This document shows, piece by piece, positions 10,218-20,970 of a DNA stretch of 64,000 bases. This stretch comes from Polyangiaceae bacterium (lineage in GTDB: Bacteria; Myxococcota_A; Polyangia; Polyangiales; Polyangiaceae): the NCBI GenBank assembly GCA_035063585.1, contig JAPSGB010000021.1:1-64000 (forward strand), given 5' to 3'. The notes under the pieces were generated by a model that worked only from the letters and a program-made list of their open reading frames with translations, was not told the DNA's origin and ran no database searches. Numbering within the stretch: the first letter of the stretch is position 1; every line of letters begins with the position of its first letter. A program made the position numbers and the translations under genes.

Positions 10218-11143
10218 GAGACTCGGCTCGCACGCGTTCGGTCGACCCCGCGGAGGAGCGCGAGCAATGTACGGTGGATCGGGACGGCGAGGTCGTGGCG
10301 GTCGGCGCGCGTGACGACGGCGCCTTGCAGCGCGTCGGCCTCCGTGACTCGCCCTGCGAGGACGTCCTGCAGCATCGAGGGAGGGGCGTCGCGCGGAAGC
10401 CCGCGTGTGAACGCGAGCATCGGCTCGATGGCGGTGTCGGTGAGCGCGACTCCCTCCGCTCGCGCAACGGTGGTCACCTCCGCCATGGCCTGGCGCACCA
10501 GCGTCTCGAGCTCCACGTCTTCGAGGACCTGCCCGGGCCCGAGCCGGGTGAGCGCGCAGATCGCGTTGAAGGGCGCGTTCCAGAGGAGCTTCTGCCAGAG
10601 CATCAGCGCGAGATCATCGGCGGTTCGACAGGGGAACGCCTCGCCGAGGATCGACGCGAGGCGGTCCCGCTCAGGGGCCTGCGTCGGCTCGAGCGCGGCC
10701 AGGGTCATCGCGCCTCCCCCCAAGAGCTCGACGTGTCCGGGGCCGGCGAGGCGGCAGCTCAGGTGAGTCGTCGCGCCGAGCACCCGTGCGCGCCCGACCG
10801 CCGCGGCGAGCACCGCCTCCGAGTCGAGGCCGTTCTCGAGCGGGACGGCGAAACCTGCCGGCCCCAGCGTCGCGCCTACCTCTGGCGCCAGCTCGGCCAG
10901 GTTTCCGGTCTTCACTGCCACGAGCGTGAGGTCGGCCGCCAGCCCTCGAGCCTCCGTGAGCGTCTCGATCACTCGGCCGCGCGCCACGCGCTCTCCTTCG
11001 GGGGTCGAGAGCGTGAGGCCGCGTTCGCGGATTCTTGCGCCGTGCGCTCCTCGGGCCAGAAAGATCATCTCGTGCCCGTGGAGCGCGAGCCTTCCCCCGA
11101 AGTAGCCCCCTACCGCTCCGGTGCCGGCGACAAGTATCCGCAT
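10214..11143 (-). CDS. panE: 2-dehydropantoate 2-reductase (ketopantoate reductase family)
   Basis: GTGAVGG Rossmann motif, AVKT, LENG, LWQKLLWN, PSMLQD and TEADALQG. Confidence 0.85.
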   Translation of the reverse strand: MRILVAGTGAVGGYFGGRLALHGHEMIFLARGAHGARIRERGLTLSTPEGERVARGRVIETLTEARGLAADLTLVAVKTGNLAELAPEVGATLGPAGFAVPLENGLDSEAVLAAAVGRARVLGATTHLSCRLAGPGHVELLGGGAMTLAALEPTQAPERDRLASILGEAFPCRTADDLALMLWQKLLWNAPFNAICALTRLGPGQVLEDVELETLVRQAMAEVTTVARAEGVALTDTAIEPMLAFTRGLPRDAPPSMLQDVLAGRVTEADALQGAVVTRADRHDLAVPIHRTLLALLRGVDRTRASRVS

Positions 11144-11273
11144 CAGAGCCCACAATAACAGCGTTTGCCCCGAGCTCGCCCCGGAAATCACGCCGCCCTT
11201 CGCGAATTTCACCGGAGACGCGCCCCCCACCAACTCCCCTCGGCCTCTCCGCGAGTGCTAGCCTCGGCGGCCG

Positions 11274-12179
<906 letters not shown>

Positions 12180-12227
12180 CCTCACGGCGCTCGGTGGCCC
12201 GCGCGCCCCGAGCGGCGTCGCGGGCGC

Positions 12228-14120
12228 TCAGGAGCGGGGTTCCTCGTGCGGGCGGTAGCTCTCGTAGACGGCCCGCTCGGCTGCCTTCGCCGCGTACATC
12301 CGCGCGTCGCCCACCTCGAGGAGCGCGCCGAGATCCTCGCCGTCGTCCGGGTAGATGGAAAAGCCGATGTTTGCAGCTACCGCGTAGCGCGCGAGCTCCT
12401 CGTCTCGCGACAGCGCCGCCGCGCAGCGGCGCGCCGCGATGCTCGCCGACTGCCGCGTGGCGTGCGGCAAGAGCCCGACGAATTCGTCGCCGCCGATCCG
12501 GAAGAAGAGATCGCTCTCGCGAAGGCTCGTCTGAAAACACTCGGTGATGCGGCAGAGCACGCGGTCACCCGTCTGGTGGCCGTGGGTGTTGTTCACGCTG
12601 CTGAAGCGTTGGAGATCGACGATGAGGAGCCCGACGCTCTGCTCGTAGCGCTTCGCCGCCGCGATGGTCTCTGCCGCCTTCAGCATGAAGTAACGTCGAT
12701 TGAACGCGCCGGTGAGCGGATCTCGGATGGCCTCCTCCTCGAGCTTTCGATAGAGGGCGATGTTCTCGAGGTGAGGCACCAGCTCGCGCGCCATGAACTT
12801 GGCTCGCGAGCGATCCCACTCGGTGAAGCCCACGCCTCCGCAGAGCATGATCACGCCAGAAAATGAAGATGAGCGTAGCGGCACGAGGAGCACCGTCGAG
12901 CATCCCCGCGCTTCGAGCCCGGATACCAGCGCCGGGGGCATCTCGGCGAAGCTGTTGAACGAGCGAGGTTCGCCGGCTTCGAAGAGCTGGTCCAGGAGCG
13001 GCCACATCGCCCTGAGATCTTCCTCGCCGCCGCCTGAGGTCGCGCACCGCCAGCCGTGGGTGGCTCGCTCGCAGAGCACTCCCAGGGTCGCGCTGAACGA
13101 CGCGAGCGCGATGTCGAGCAAGGGAGCGGACACGTCCGCGCTCTGCGCGTACCGGCCCAGCCGCCCGATCCGCTGGAGGATGGCGTCGCGCTCTTCCCAG
13201 CGCGCGCGACGAAGCGCGACTCCGATGAGCTCCGCGAGCGTGGCGAGTTGCTGCAGGTCCGCCTCGGTATATGCGTCCGATCGACTCGCCTGCACGGAGA
13301 TCACCCCCGAGACTGCGTCGGTTCGGATGGGCGCGGCCATGTAGGAGCGCATCGGCTGCGGCGCCGTCGGATCCGGATCATAGACCCGAGGCGCGTAGCG
13401 TCGCGCGGCGTCCGGATCGCCCAGGTCCGGGACATAGAGCGGCACCCCGCTGTCCAGCACGCGGCGCGTGAGCGGCGCCTCGGACCAGACCAGCTCCGAG
13501 GGCGTCTCTCCATCCATTCGCGGCACGATGGCGAACACTCGGAACGCCTCGCCCTCTTCCAGCAGCAGGTAGGCCTCGTCGAAGGGCAGCGCGCCGAGGA
13601 GCCCGCGCGAGCAAGCGAGCAGCAGCTCGCGCAGACCAGCGGCCGAGCACACCGCCTGCGCGAGGGCGAGCGCGTGTCGGGTGCGCTCACCTTGGCGGCG
13701 AGCCCGCCGCGTGGCCTCGTGGGCCCAGAGGGCATGGCTGAAGACGGCTGAGACGAGCGTCGACACGTGCTCGTGATGCTGGCCCGCCTGCGCCGCGAGC
13801 CAGCCGACGTGCTCTTGGCCGACGACCAGCGGCCAAGCGCGCCATCCTCCGCCGAGACTTGCCGGGCCGCTCGGAGCGAGACCGGATAGGGCGACCGGCT
13901 CGACTTCCCGCGACGCCTCGGGGGGCGACTCGCTCACGACCTCGAGTCGGTCGCCGCGACGCGCGAGCACGACCGCCGCGCTCGGGCCGAGCGCTACCAG
14001 CGACGCGGCCCACGTCGAGATGTCGTCGCGACTCGTCGCGATGATCCGTTCCAAGAGGGTCGGCTCTTCCAACGATCCCCGTCCGACTACAGGATACTCC
14101 GCTCGGCACGCCCACGCCAT
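12228..14120 (-). CDS. GAF-domain diguanylate cyclase
   Basis: GAF signature (RSYMAAPI...GVISVQ...YTEADLQQL), DPLTGAFNRR, GHQTGD, RESD I-site and RIGGDEF. Start uncertain. Confidence 0.85.
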   Translation of the reverse strand: MAWACRAEYPVVGRGSLEEPTLLERIIATSRDDISTWAASLVALGPSAAVVLARRGDRLEVVSESPPEASREVEPVALSGLAPSGPASLGGGWRAWPLVVGQEHVGWLAAQAGQHHEHVSTLVSAVFSHALWAHEATRRARRQGERTRHALALAQAVCSAAGLRELLLACSRGLLGALPFDEAYLLLEEGEAFRVFAIVPRMDGETPSELVWSEAPLTRRVLDSGVPLYVPDLGDPDAARRYAPRVYDPDPTAPQPMRSYMAAPIRTDAVSGVISVQASRSDAYTEADLQQLATLAELIGVALRRARWEERDAILQRIGRLGRYAQSADVSAPLLDIALASFSATLGVLCERATHGWRCATSGGGEEDLRAMWPLLDQLFEAGEPRSFNSFAEMPPALVSGLEARGCSTVLLVPLRSSSFSGVIMLCGGVGFTEWDRSRAKFMARELVPHLENIALYRKLEEEAIRDPLTGAFNRRYFMLKAAETIAAAKRYEQSVGLLIVDLQRFSSVNNTHGHQTGDRVLCRITECFQTSLRESDLFFRIGGDEFVGLLPHATRQSASIAARRCAAALSRDEELARYAVAANIGFSIYPDDGEDLGALLEVGDARMYAAKAAERAVYESYRPHEEPRS

Positions 14121-14317
14121 CGCGCGGAGCGCGGGCAGGGGCGGTCGCGTCGACCCTCGCGAGCGGCAGGAGACGGGCCGCGCCGGTGCGCCGTGGCGAC
14201 GGTCGCGCGCTCGGGAAATGCGGCGCTCATCGCGCGAAGTGTCGGGTGCCGCGGCGCTCTCCGACGACCGCGCGCTCCTCTCGGCTCCGTGTGGGGGCCA
14301 GGCTCTGCGCGTCGTGT

Positions 14318-15364
14318 TCAGGGTCCGTCGGGCGAGACCGCGACTCCGTCGTGGTACGCGTTGTCCACCCACTCGTTCCCCGGGCGGGTCGAGTCGAAGT
14401 CGATGATGGTCCGGAGGTTGCCACAGGTTCCGCCTGCGCCTCGGACGAAGCGGTTGCCGTGGAAGCGAATGTTCATCGCTTGGTCGCCGTAGGGCTTGCT
14501 GCCGTCGTCGCCGCTCGAGCCGCCGTACGCGCAAGCGGTGGAGCCTCCGCCGCCGCCGCGGTAGAAGAGGTTGCGCTCGATGAGGTTGTCCTGGATCGGC
14601 GCGAAGTCCCCATATCCGGTCAGGCCGGCGGAGCAGCCCGAGCCAGGGACTCGGGTAGCCTCGCAGGTGATGGTGTTGTGACGGAAGGTCGTGCGCTGCT
14701 CCATGCGCATGCCGCTGAAGTGAGCGGCACCGGCGGGGTCGCCACCCTGAGCGTGCACCCAAGAGTTTTCCACGGTGCAGCTACTGGCGCAGTAGATCGA
14801 GCGCCGCCCCCCCGTGATATTCACGCGGTTCGCCGTGAAGTTCCGACGCATCAGCCCGGTGTTGAGGTTGTCCCCGATGTGGATGCTGCTGTCCGAGATC
14901 GAGAAGGAGGCGTCATCGGGTGCGTTCGCGGGGACGTCGACGCCGCCGGTTATGCGCGACCGTGTGATCACCACGTTGGGCGCGTGGATGGACAGGATGC
15001 AGCCTACCTCCTTCGCGTCGATGAGCGTGCCGGCCGCGGTGATCCGGCATGGCCCCGTGTACGGCGTCAGCGTGACACCGGCGGGGACTCCGGTGTTGTC
15101 GGGCCCCGGCCAGCACCCCCCCCAAGGATCCCCTCCTCCGGGCTCCCAGGAGGCCTCCTTGCAGGTCGCCGGAGTGCCGGCGTCCGTCGACGGACCGGCC
15201 TCGCCATCGCTCGGGGCTGCGCCATCGCTCGGGGCTGCGCCATCGCTCGCGGCTGCGCCATCGCTCGCGGCTGCGCCATCGCTCGCGGCTGCGCCATCGC
15301 TCGGGGCCGTACACGAGCTGACTGCCCAGATAATGACCAGCGACGCAACTTGCTGAAGGCGCAT
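14318..15364 (-). CDS. Secreted or lipoprotein with SDGAAx linker and probable right-handed beta-helix domain
   Basis: Signal ending VSSC; WPGPDNTGVPAGVTL; repeating beta-helix-like strands (VVITRSRI, TVENSWVH, FRHNTI, IERNLF, FHGNRF). Confidence 0.65.
   Translation of the reverse strand: MRLQQVASLVIIWAVSSCTAPSDGAAASDGAAASDGAAASDGAAPSDGAAPSDGEAGPSTDAGTPATCKEASWEPGGGDPWGGCWPGPDNTGVPAGVTLTPYTGPCRITAAGTLIDAKEVGCILSIHAPNVVITRSRITGGVDVPANAPDDASFSISDSSIHIGDNLNTGLMRRNFTANRVNITGGRRSIYCASSCTVENSWVHAQGGDPAGAAHFSGMRMEQRTTFRHNTITCEATRVPGSGCSAGLTGYGDFAPIQDNLIERNLFYRGGGGGSTACAYGGSSGDDGSKPYGDQAMNIRFHGNRFVRGAGGTCGNLRTIIDFDSTRPGNEWVDNAYHDGVAVSPDGP
15203..15308. repeat. 18-bp tandem repeat, ~6 copies, encoding SDGAA(A/P)
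   Basis: GCCATCGCTCG(G/C)GGCTGC units start at 15203, 15221, 15239, 15257, 15275 and 15293. Confidence 0.9.
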
Positions 15365-15461
15365 GAACCGATGTTCGGTCGAGTCCCGATTCGTGTCTAG
15401 TTCGACCGCGAGGGGGGGCTCCGACGGGCGCCGCGCTGCGCCGCCGCGCCGAGGGCTTGGC

Positions 15462-16250
15462 TCAGGTCGCGGTGAGCCGGGGAGCGTCCGGAGCGCTCGC
15501 GTGGGGCGCTGACCGCTGCTCGAAATACCTGTCTTCCATCGCCTTCAGCCGAAGGATGATCTGTCGTGAGAGCTCGCGTGTGGCGCGCAGCCCCTCAGTC
15601 GTAGTCTTGGGCTCCAGCGTCTCGAGCTCGACGTGGATGTGATCGCCCCACGCGGGCTGGAACCCCCACGTCTCCTGCCGCGCGCCACGCTGATACACGC
15701 ACAGGACCAGCGCCTCCGGCACGTCGCGCAGGAGTCGCCCGACCCCGTAGGCGACCTTCTCGGGCTCGACGCGCCCGGTCCGACTGCGGCCTGCCTCGGG
15801 AAAGATCATCACGCTGTCGCCCTCGCGAAGGAGATGCGCGAGCTTCTCGAGCACGCTCCGGTGATGCGCCGAAGAGCCTGCTCGATCGATCGGGACCGTC
15901 TTACCGAGGTATGACATCAGCCGGAGCGCCGCGCCGCGCTGGAAGTTCTCCGAAGCGGGCACGTTCCACGCGAACCGGCGGTACTGGCGGAGGTAGCTCA
16001 GCGGGGAAGCGAGCGCCCAGAGGAGGTACAGCGAGTCGATCATCGTGAGATGATTCGCGCAGATCAGGATCGGCCGATCCGTCTGCGCGATCTCGCGGAA
16101 CCGCCGCCGCACCTCACGCAGGCCTTCGATTCGGGTGTTGCGGACCACGCGCAGATAGAAGATCCCGGTCGCGCTGATGAGCGGGAGCGCGAGCCACCCG
16201 AATGCCCTCTGGAGGCGCAGGGCGGACACATCGCGCGGCGAGGCGGTCAT
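15462..16250 (-). CDS. Lysophospholipid acyltransferase (PlsC-like)
   Basis: NHLTMID (HxxxxD), PIDR and IFPEAGRS. Confidence 0.85.
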   Translation of the reverse strand: MTASPRDVSALRLQRAFGWLALPLISATGIFYLRVVRNTRIEGLREVRRRFREIAQTDRPILICANHLTMIDSLYLLWALASPLSYLRQYRRFAWNVPASENFQRGAALRLMSYLGKTVPIDRAGSSAHHRSVLEKLAHLLREGDSVMIFPEAGRSRTGRVEPEKVAYGVGRLLRDVPEALVLCVYQRGARQETWGFQPAWGDHIHVELETLEPKTTTEGLRATRELSRQIILRLKAMEDRYFEQRSAPHASAPDAPRLTAT

Positions 16251-16552
16251 CTCTCGAGCGGGATCTAGCCTAGGCCATCGGGTGAGCAAAGCTCAGGCTC
16301 GGTCGCGGGAACTTTCAGCCGCGGACCCGCCCGGTCGCTCCTTCGCGCGGCGTCACCTCGGAGGCGCCCGCGCGACCCTGCGTGAGCCGGCAGCGCCCAC
16401 CGGCCAGTGGGCTGGCAGGGGTGCCGGCCCGGCGCGGAACCCCGCGGTCTGCAGGGCGTCGCGCGAAGAGCGCGGAGCGGAGAGCGCCCGGCCCGCACCG
16501 GCGGCTTGCGCCCCGTCATGCGCTAGAGGAGCCTCTCGGTGCGCGCTCCAGC

Positions 16553-18088
16553 ATGACCGCCGACCCGTCCCCTCGCGACCCGACGCGGAGCGCCGTCACG
16601 CTCGCGGCCGCGGCGCTCTTCGTGGTGCTCGCGCTCAGGATGGGCTGGGTGAGCGATGATGCGTTCATCGCGTTTCGCGCGGCCTCGAACCTGGTGACCG
16701 GGTTCGGGTTCTCGAGCAACCCTGGCGAGCGCGTGCAGGCGTTCACGAGTCCGCTCTTCACCCTGCTCGTCGCCGCGGCGTTCGCGGTCGTTCGCGACAT
16801 CTACCTGGTCGCGGTGGGGCTCGGTCTGCTCTGCACGCTCGGGGTGGCGCTGGTGCTCACGCTGAGACGAGACGGGGCGCTCGGCTCACCGCTCGCGCTC
16901 GTGCTGCTCGCTTCCAGCCACTCGGTGCTAAGCTTCTCGACCAGCGGTCTCGAGAATCCGCTGGCGCACCTGCTGATCGTGACCTTCGTGGTCGAGCGAC
17001 TCCGCCCGGAGCCTTCACGCTGGCGCAGCATGGCGCTCGCTGGGCTGATTGCGCTCAATCGTCTCGACCACCTGCTGCTCGTAGCGCCCGTGCTGCTCTG
17101 GGATCTGACGCAGGCCTGCCGTCGTCGTGAGTGGCGCAGGTTCGGCTGGCCGCTCGCGGTGGGTCTGAGCCCACTCGTGTCGTGGTTGTCGTTCGCGATC
17201 GTGTACTACGGCTTCCCGTTCCCCAACACGGCCTACGCGAAGCTGAACCTCGCGATCCCGCGGAGCACGATGATTTTCCAGGGCATCACCTACTTCGTCG
17301 ACGCGACCCTGCGCGACCCGATTTCGATCATCGTCATCGCACTATGCGGCGTGTTCGCTTGGCAGCTACGTCGCCGGCATCCCGTCGCCCCGTGGCTCGC
17401 AGCCGGAGTGTTGCTCTACGTCGGGTACGTCGTGTGGGTCGGCGGTGACTTCATGGGCGGTCGCTTCTTCACGACGCCCTACGTGGTGGCCGCGGTGCTC
17501 GTCGCGGAGCGTTTGGCGCTCGGCGGGGCAGTGCCGGTGGGCGCGGCGGCCGCGGTGGCGCTCTTGGCGGGTCGCACCGGGTTGGATCCGATGCCGGTCG
17601 ATGTGCGCCCGGGGTGCGTGGTCCCTCCCTCGGGGATCGTCGACGAGCGCGCGTGCTACGTCGAGCACACTGGCATCGCGCAGAACCTGCGCAAGAAGAA
17701 GTACATGACGCACCCGTACTACAAGAAGGGTGACAGCTTCCGTAAGGAGACCGGGCCCATCATCAACAATCTCATCGGAATGGCGGGCTTCAGCGCCGGG
17801 CCGACGGTGCACGTCCTCGATGAGTTCGCGTTGAGCGACCCGCTGCTCGCGCGTATCCGGTTCGCAGCTCCCAACGATTTCCGGATTGGGCACTTCCGTC
17901 GCACGCTCCCGGCCGGGTATCTCGAGTCGCTGCGAAGTGGCGAGAACCGAATCGAGGACCCTTGCGTCCACCGACTATGGGACGAGCTCCGCGCCGTGAT
18001 CGCAGGGCCCGTGTTCTCGCGGCACCGCTTCGCGGCCATCCTGTCGCTCAACTTCGGTCGGGGCACGTGCCCCGCGCCAGCCCGCTGA
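16553..18088 (+). CDS. GT-C membrane glycosyltransferase, AftB (arabinofuranosyltransferase)-like
   Basis: SDDAFI, NPGERVQAFTSPL, TSGLENPL, YYGFPFPNTAYAK, GGDFMGGRFF, LSDPLLAR and RIGHF; multiple TM helices. Confidence 0.75.
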   Translation: MTADPSPRDPTRSAVTLAAAALFVVLALRMGWVSDDAFIAFRAASNLVTGFGFSSNPGERVQAFTSPLFTLLVAAAFAVVRDIYLVAVGLGLLCTLGVALVLTLRRDGALGSPLALVLLASSHSVLSFSTSGLENPLAHLLIVTFVVERLRPEPSRWRSMALAGLIALNRLDHLLLVAPVLLWDLTQACRRREWRRFGWPLAVGLSPLVSWLSFAIVYYGFPFPNTAYAKLNLAIPRSTMIFQGITYFVDATLRDPISIIVIALCGVFAWQLRRRHPVAPWLAAGVLLYVGYVVWVGGDFMGGRFFTTPYVVAAVLVAERLALGGAVPVGAAAAVALLAGRTGLDPMPVDVRPGCVVPPSGIVDERACYVEHTGIAQNLRKKKYMTHPYYKKGDSFRKETGPIINNLIGMAGFSAGPTVHVLDEFALSDPLLARIRFAAPNDFRIGHFRRTLPAGYLESLRSGENRIEDPCVHRLWDELRAVIAGPVFSRHRFAAILSLNFGRGTCPAPAR

Positions 18089-18169
18089 CCCGCGCGGGGG
18101 CCCGGGGCTCGTACGGAGTGGCCGCCGCGTGAGGCGGACCGCGCGGCGGGGCAGAGTCCTCGAAGTTTG

Positions 18170-18257
18170 CGGAGAGGGCGGGATTCGAACCCGCGGTAGG
18201 CTTTTGACCTACGCCCGCTTAGCAAGCGGGTACCTTCGGCCACTCGGTCACCTCTCC
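18170..18257 (-). tRNA. tRNA-Ser(GCT)
   Basis: The reverse strand reads GGAGAGGTGACCGAGTGGCCGAAGGTACCCGCTTGCTAAGCGGGCGTAGGTCAAAAGCCTACCGCGGGTTCGAATCCCGCCCTCTCCG, a cloverleaf with a long variable arm. CCA is not encoded. Confidence 0.95.
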
Positions 18258-18276
18258 CTGTGGCGCAGGGGCCGAG

Positions 18277-18304
18277 AAACTACCCGCGCCGCGTGAGTCG
18301 TCAA
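18277..18304 (-). promoter_or_regulatory. Sigma-70-type promoter of tRNA-Ser
   Basis: TTGACG-N16-TAGTTT on the minus strand, 19 nt upstream of the tRNA. Confidence 0.6.
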
Positions 18305-18469
18305 GGGGGCTTGGCGCGTTCCCGCGCGATGAGGAGCGGGAATCGCCGATTCACCGCGCATTTTGCCCGGCCCCGCCGGCCCGCGGGCGCGCCGTGAGGT
18401 TCCGCGCCGGACCGACCATCCCGAGCTCACGGCCCGGCCAGGGCCCGGGCGGTACGCTATGGTGTGCCG

Positions 18470-19900
18470 ATGGTCCTCTCGCGCCCCGAGGTGAGCGAGC
18501 CGTCGCTCGAGGCTCGGGACAAGGCGCGGAGCCTGCTCGACGCGGCGCTCGGCACGAGCAAGGTGATGACCGACCGCGACGCCTGCGCGAGCTTCGCGCG
18601 GGACGAGTCGGAGGCTGAGGGGAGGGTGCCCGACGCGGTGGTGTTCGCGACGTGCTCGGACGACATCGTCCGAGCGCTCGCCGCGGCGCGCGAGGCCGAG
18701 GTGCCGGTGACGCCGCGCTCGGCGGGGACTGGGCGCACGGGCGGGGCGGTGCCGGTCGCGGGTGGCGTGGTGCTGGTCACGAGCCAGATGAACCAGATAA
18801 AGGAGATCGATCGGCGCGAGGGGCTCGCGGTGGTCGAGCCGGGCGTGGTGCTCGCGGAGCTTCACGAGGCGGTCGAGCGCGAGGGGCTCTTCTACCCGCC
18901 CGATCCGAACTCACTCGGGAGCTGCATGCTGGGCGGCAACGTGGCCGAGAATGCCGGCGGCCCTCGCGCGTTCAAGTACGGAGTCACCCGCGAGTACGTG
19001 CTCGGCGTCGAGGCGCTGTTGATGGGCGGAGAGCGCCTCCGCGTGGGGCGCCGCACCCGCAAGGGTGTCACCGGCTACGACGTCACCGGGCTGCTGGTCG
19101 GGAGTGAGGGCACGCTCGCGGTGTTCGGCGACGTGACGGTGAAGCTGATCCCCAAGCCCGCAGAGGTCAGCACGCTGATGGTGCTCTTGCCCGCGCTCGC
19201 CGGAGCCGCGGAGCTGGTCGCCGAGATCACCGCTCGCGGGATAGTGCCGCGCTGCATCGAGCTCTTCGACTCCGCGACGCTCGCGCTGCTGCGCGACGCC
19301 GGAAATCCTCTCGACACGCGCGCCGACGCCATGCTCCTCATCGAGGTCGATGGCGAGCCCAGCGCCTGTGAGCGGGACGCGGCGCGCATCGGTGACGCGG
19401 CCGAGACGGTGCATGCGCTCGAGGTGCTGGTCGCGCAGGACGCCGCACAGCGCGACCGGCTCTGGGGCGCACGCCGGCAGATGAGCCGACTTACCCGGAC
19501 CATCGCGAAGAACAAGCTGAGCGAAGACGTCGTGGTGCCGCGGCAGGCGATGGGGGAGCTCCTCGCGCGCGTCCGAACGACCAGTGAGCGCACCGGGGTG
19601 CGCTCACTCACCTACGGGCACGCGGGCGACGGGAACCTCCACGTCAACTTCATGTGGGACGAGCCACACGAGCTCCCCAAGGTGGAGCAGGCGATCCGCG
19701 AGCTCTTCGAGAACGTGGTCGCGCTCCGCGGCACGCTGAGCGGCGAGCACGGCATCGGGATCCTGAAGGCGCCGTACCTCCACCTCGAGCAGTCGAGCGA
19801 GCTGATTGGGCTCCAGCGTGAGCTGAAGCGGGTATTCGATCCGCGCGGGCTCCTGAACCCCGGCAAGATCTTCCCCACCGGCGGGCACGCCGCCTGCTAG
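18470..19900 (+). CDS. FAD-linked oxidase, GlcD / D-2-hydroxyacid dehydrogenase family
   Basis: PRSAGTG, YPPDPNS, GGNVAENAGG, KYGVTR, GSEGTL, GHAGDGNLH, SGEHGIG and FDPRGLLNPGK. Confidence 0.9.
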   Translation: MVLSRPEVSEPSLEARDKARSLLDAALGTSKVMTDRDACASFARDESEAEGRVPDAVVFATCSDDIVRALAAAREAEVPVTPRSAGTGRTGGAVPVAGGVVLVTSQMNQIKEIDRREGLAVVEPGVVLAELHEAVEREGLFYPPDPNSLGSCMLGGNVAENAGGPRAFKYGVTREYVLGVEALLMGGERLRVGRRTRKGVTGYDVTGLLVGSEGTLAVFGDVTVKLIPKPAEVSTLMVLLPALAGAAELVAEITARGIVPRCIELFDSATLALLRDAGNPLDTRADAMLLIEVDGEPSACERDAARIGDAAETVHALEVLVAQDAAQRDRLWGARRQMSRLTRTIAKNKLSEDVVVPRQAMGELLARVRTTSERTGVRSLTYGHAGDGNLHVNFMWDEPHELPKVEQAIRELFENVVALRGTLSGEHGIGILKAPYLHLEQSSELIGLQRELKRVFDPRGLLNPGKIFPTGGHAAC

Positions 19901-20482
19901 TCAGCGCGCGCGGAAGAGCGTAGCGCGATAGTGCCGAAGCTCGTCGATCGAGTTTCGGATGTCGACCAGCGCGTCGTGCTCCCCGGCCGCGGGCTTCTGA
20001 TAGACCGCGTCTTCACCGTACCAGGCGCGCGCGAGGAGCTTCAGCGAGGTGACGTCGATGGTGCGGTAGGAGAGATAGCCCGCGAGCCCCGGCATCCAGC
20101 GCTCGACGAAGCGCTTGTCCTGGCCGATGGTGTTTCCAGAGAGCACCGCGGGGTACTCGCACCAGCCGACCACGCGCTCCATGAGCTGGCGCTCTGCGGC
20201 GACCAGATCGACGCTGGACCGCCCCACGCGGGCGAGGAGCCCGGTCTTCTCGTGCATGGCGCGGACGAAGGGGACCATCCGCGCGAGGGTGTCGGGCGGC
20301 TGCCACACGTCGAGCACCAGCTCCTCGAGCGGCTCGAGCGCCGCGTTCGTGATGACGAGCGCGGCCTGGAGGATGGCGTCGTTCTGGGCGTCGAGGCCGG
20401 TCATCTCGAGATCGAGCCAGGCGAGGTTATCGGCAGACCTCACTCGGTCGACGCGAGGCTTCCCCGTGTCCTTACCGGTCAT
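19901..20482 (-). CDS. orn: Oligoribonuclease
   Basis: WLDLEMTGLD, GNTIGQDKRF, YRTIDVTS and HDALVDIRNSIDEL. Confidence 0.9.
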   Translation of the reverse strand: MTGKDTGKPRVDRVRSADNLAWLDLEMTGLDAQNDAILQAALVITNAALEPLEELVLDVWQPPDTLARMVPFVRAMHEKTGLLARVGRSSVDLVAAERQLMERVVGWCEYPAVLSGNTIGQDKRFVERWMPGLAGYLSYRTIDVTSLKLLARAWYGEDAVYQKPAAGEHDALVDIRNSIDELRHYRATLFRAR

Positions 20483-20871
20483 GCGCGTGCCCTCCGCGGC
20501 CGGCGCTTGGGCGGCCGCTGCTTCGACGACCGCCGCTTCGGCGCGGGCTCGTCGCTCCGGATCGGGCTCCGCTTCGATGGCGAGAGCTCGATCTTCGGCC
20601 TATCCTTGCGGCGTCGATAGACGACGAGGACGTGTCCGATGATCTGCGCGACCGCGCTCCCGGTCTCCCGCTCGATCTCGGGCGCCGCGGCACCGATCTC
20701 GGTGGGGCACTCGCGGCCGAGCTTCACCTTGATGAGCTCGTGCCGCTCGAGCGCCTCGTCGATTTGACGGAGCACCGCCCCGGTGAGCCCGAGGCGGCCG
20801 AGCTGCACGACCGGCTCGAGCGGGTGCGCGAGCGCGCGGAGGTGACGACGCTGAGCCGGGGTGAGGGTCAC
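20479..20871 (-). CDS. yhbY: YhbY/CRM RNA-binding protein with basic C-terminal tail
   Basis: LTPAQRRHLRALAHPLEPVVQLG, HELIKVK and QIIGHVLVVYR; 4-nt overlap with orn. Confidence 0.9.
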   Translation of the reverse strand: MTLTPAQRRHLRALAHPLEPVVQLGRLGLTGAVLRQIDEALERHELIKVKLGRECPTEIGAAAPEIERETGSAVAQIIGHVLVVYRRRKDRPKIELSPSKRSPIRSDEPAPKRRSSKQRPPKRRPRRARA

Positions 20872-20970
20872 GGGCCCCCCGGATACCAGCGCCGGCGCGT
20901 GAGCGCCAGCCGGGACGCTCGCGAGCTCGTGCGGGCTGACGCGGGCCGCGCGAGACGGTACCCTTCGAGG

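Noticed and set aside
14121..14762. N-terminal extension of the 844-aa GGDEF ORF
   Set aside because: It overlaps the 14318-15364 gene in another frame and is low-complexity Arg-rich, so the real start is likely at or after 14120.
15203..15308. CRISPR-like array (also 33239-33346)
   Set aside because: These are contiguous in-frame repeats with no spacers, inside CDSs, and there are no cas genes.
17719..18243. 174-aa ORF over the tRNA
   Set aside because: It is a translation of tRNA-Ser and the antisense strand of the glycosyltransferase.
16382..18257. Genomic island integrated at tRNA-Ser
   Set aside because: I saw no integrase, no duplicated tRNA 3' end and no compositional shift.
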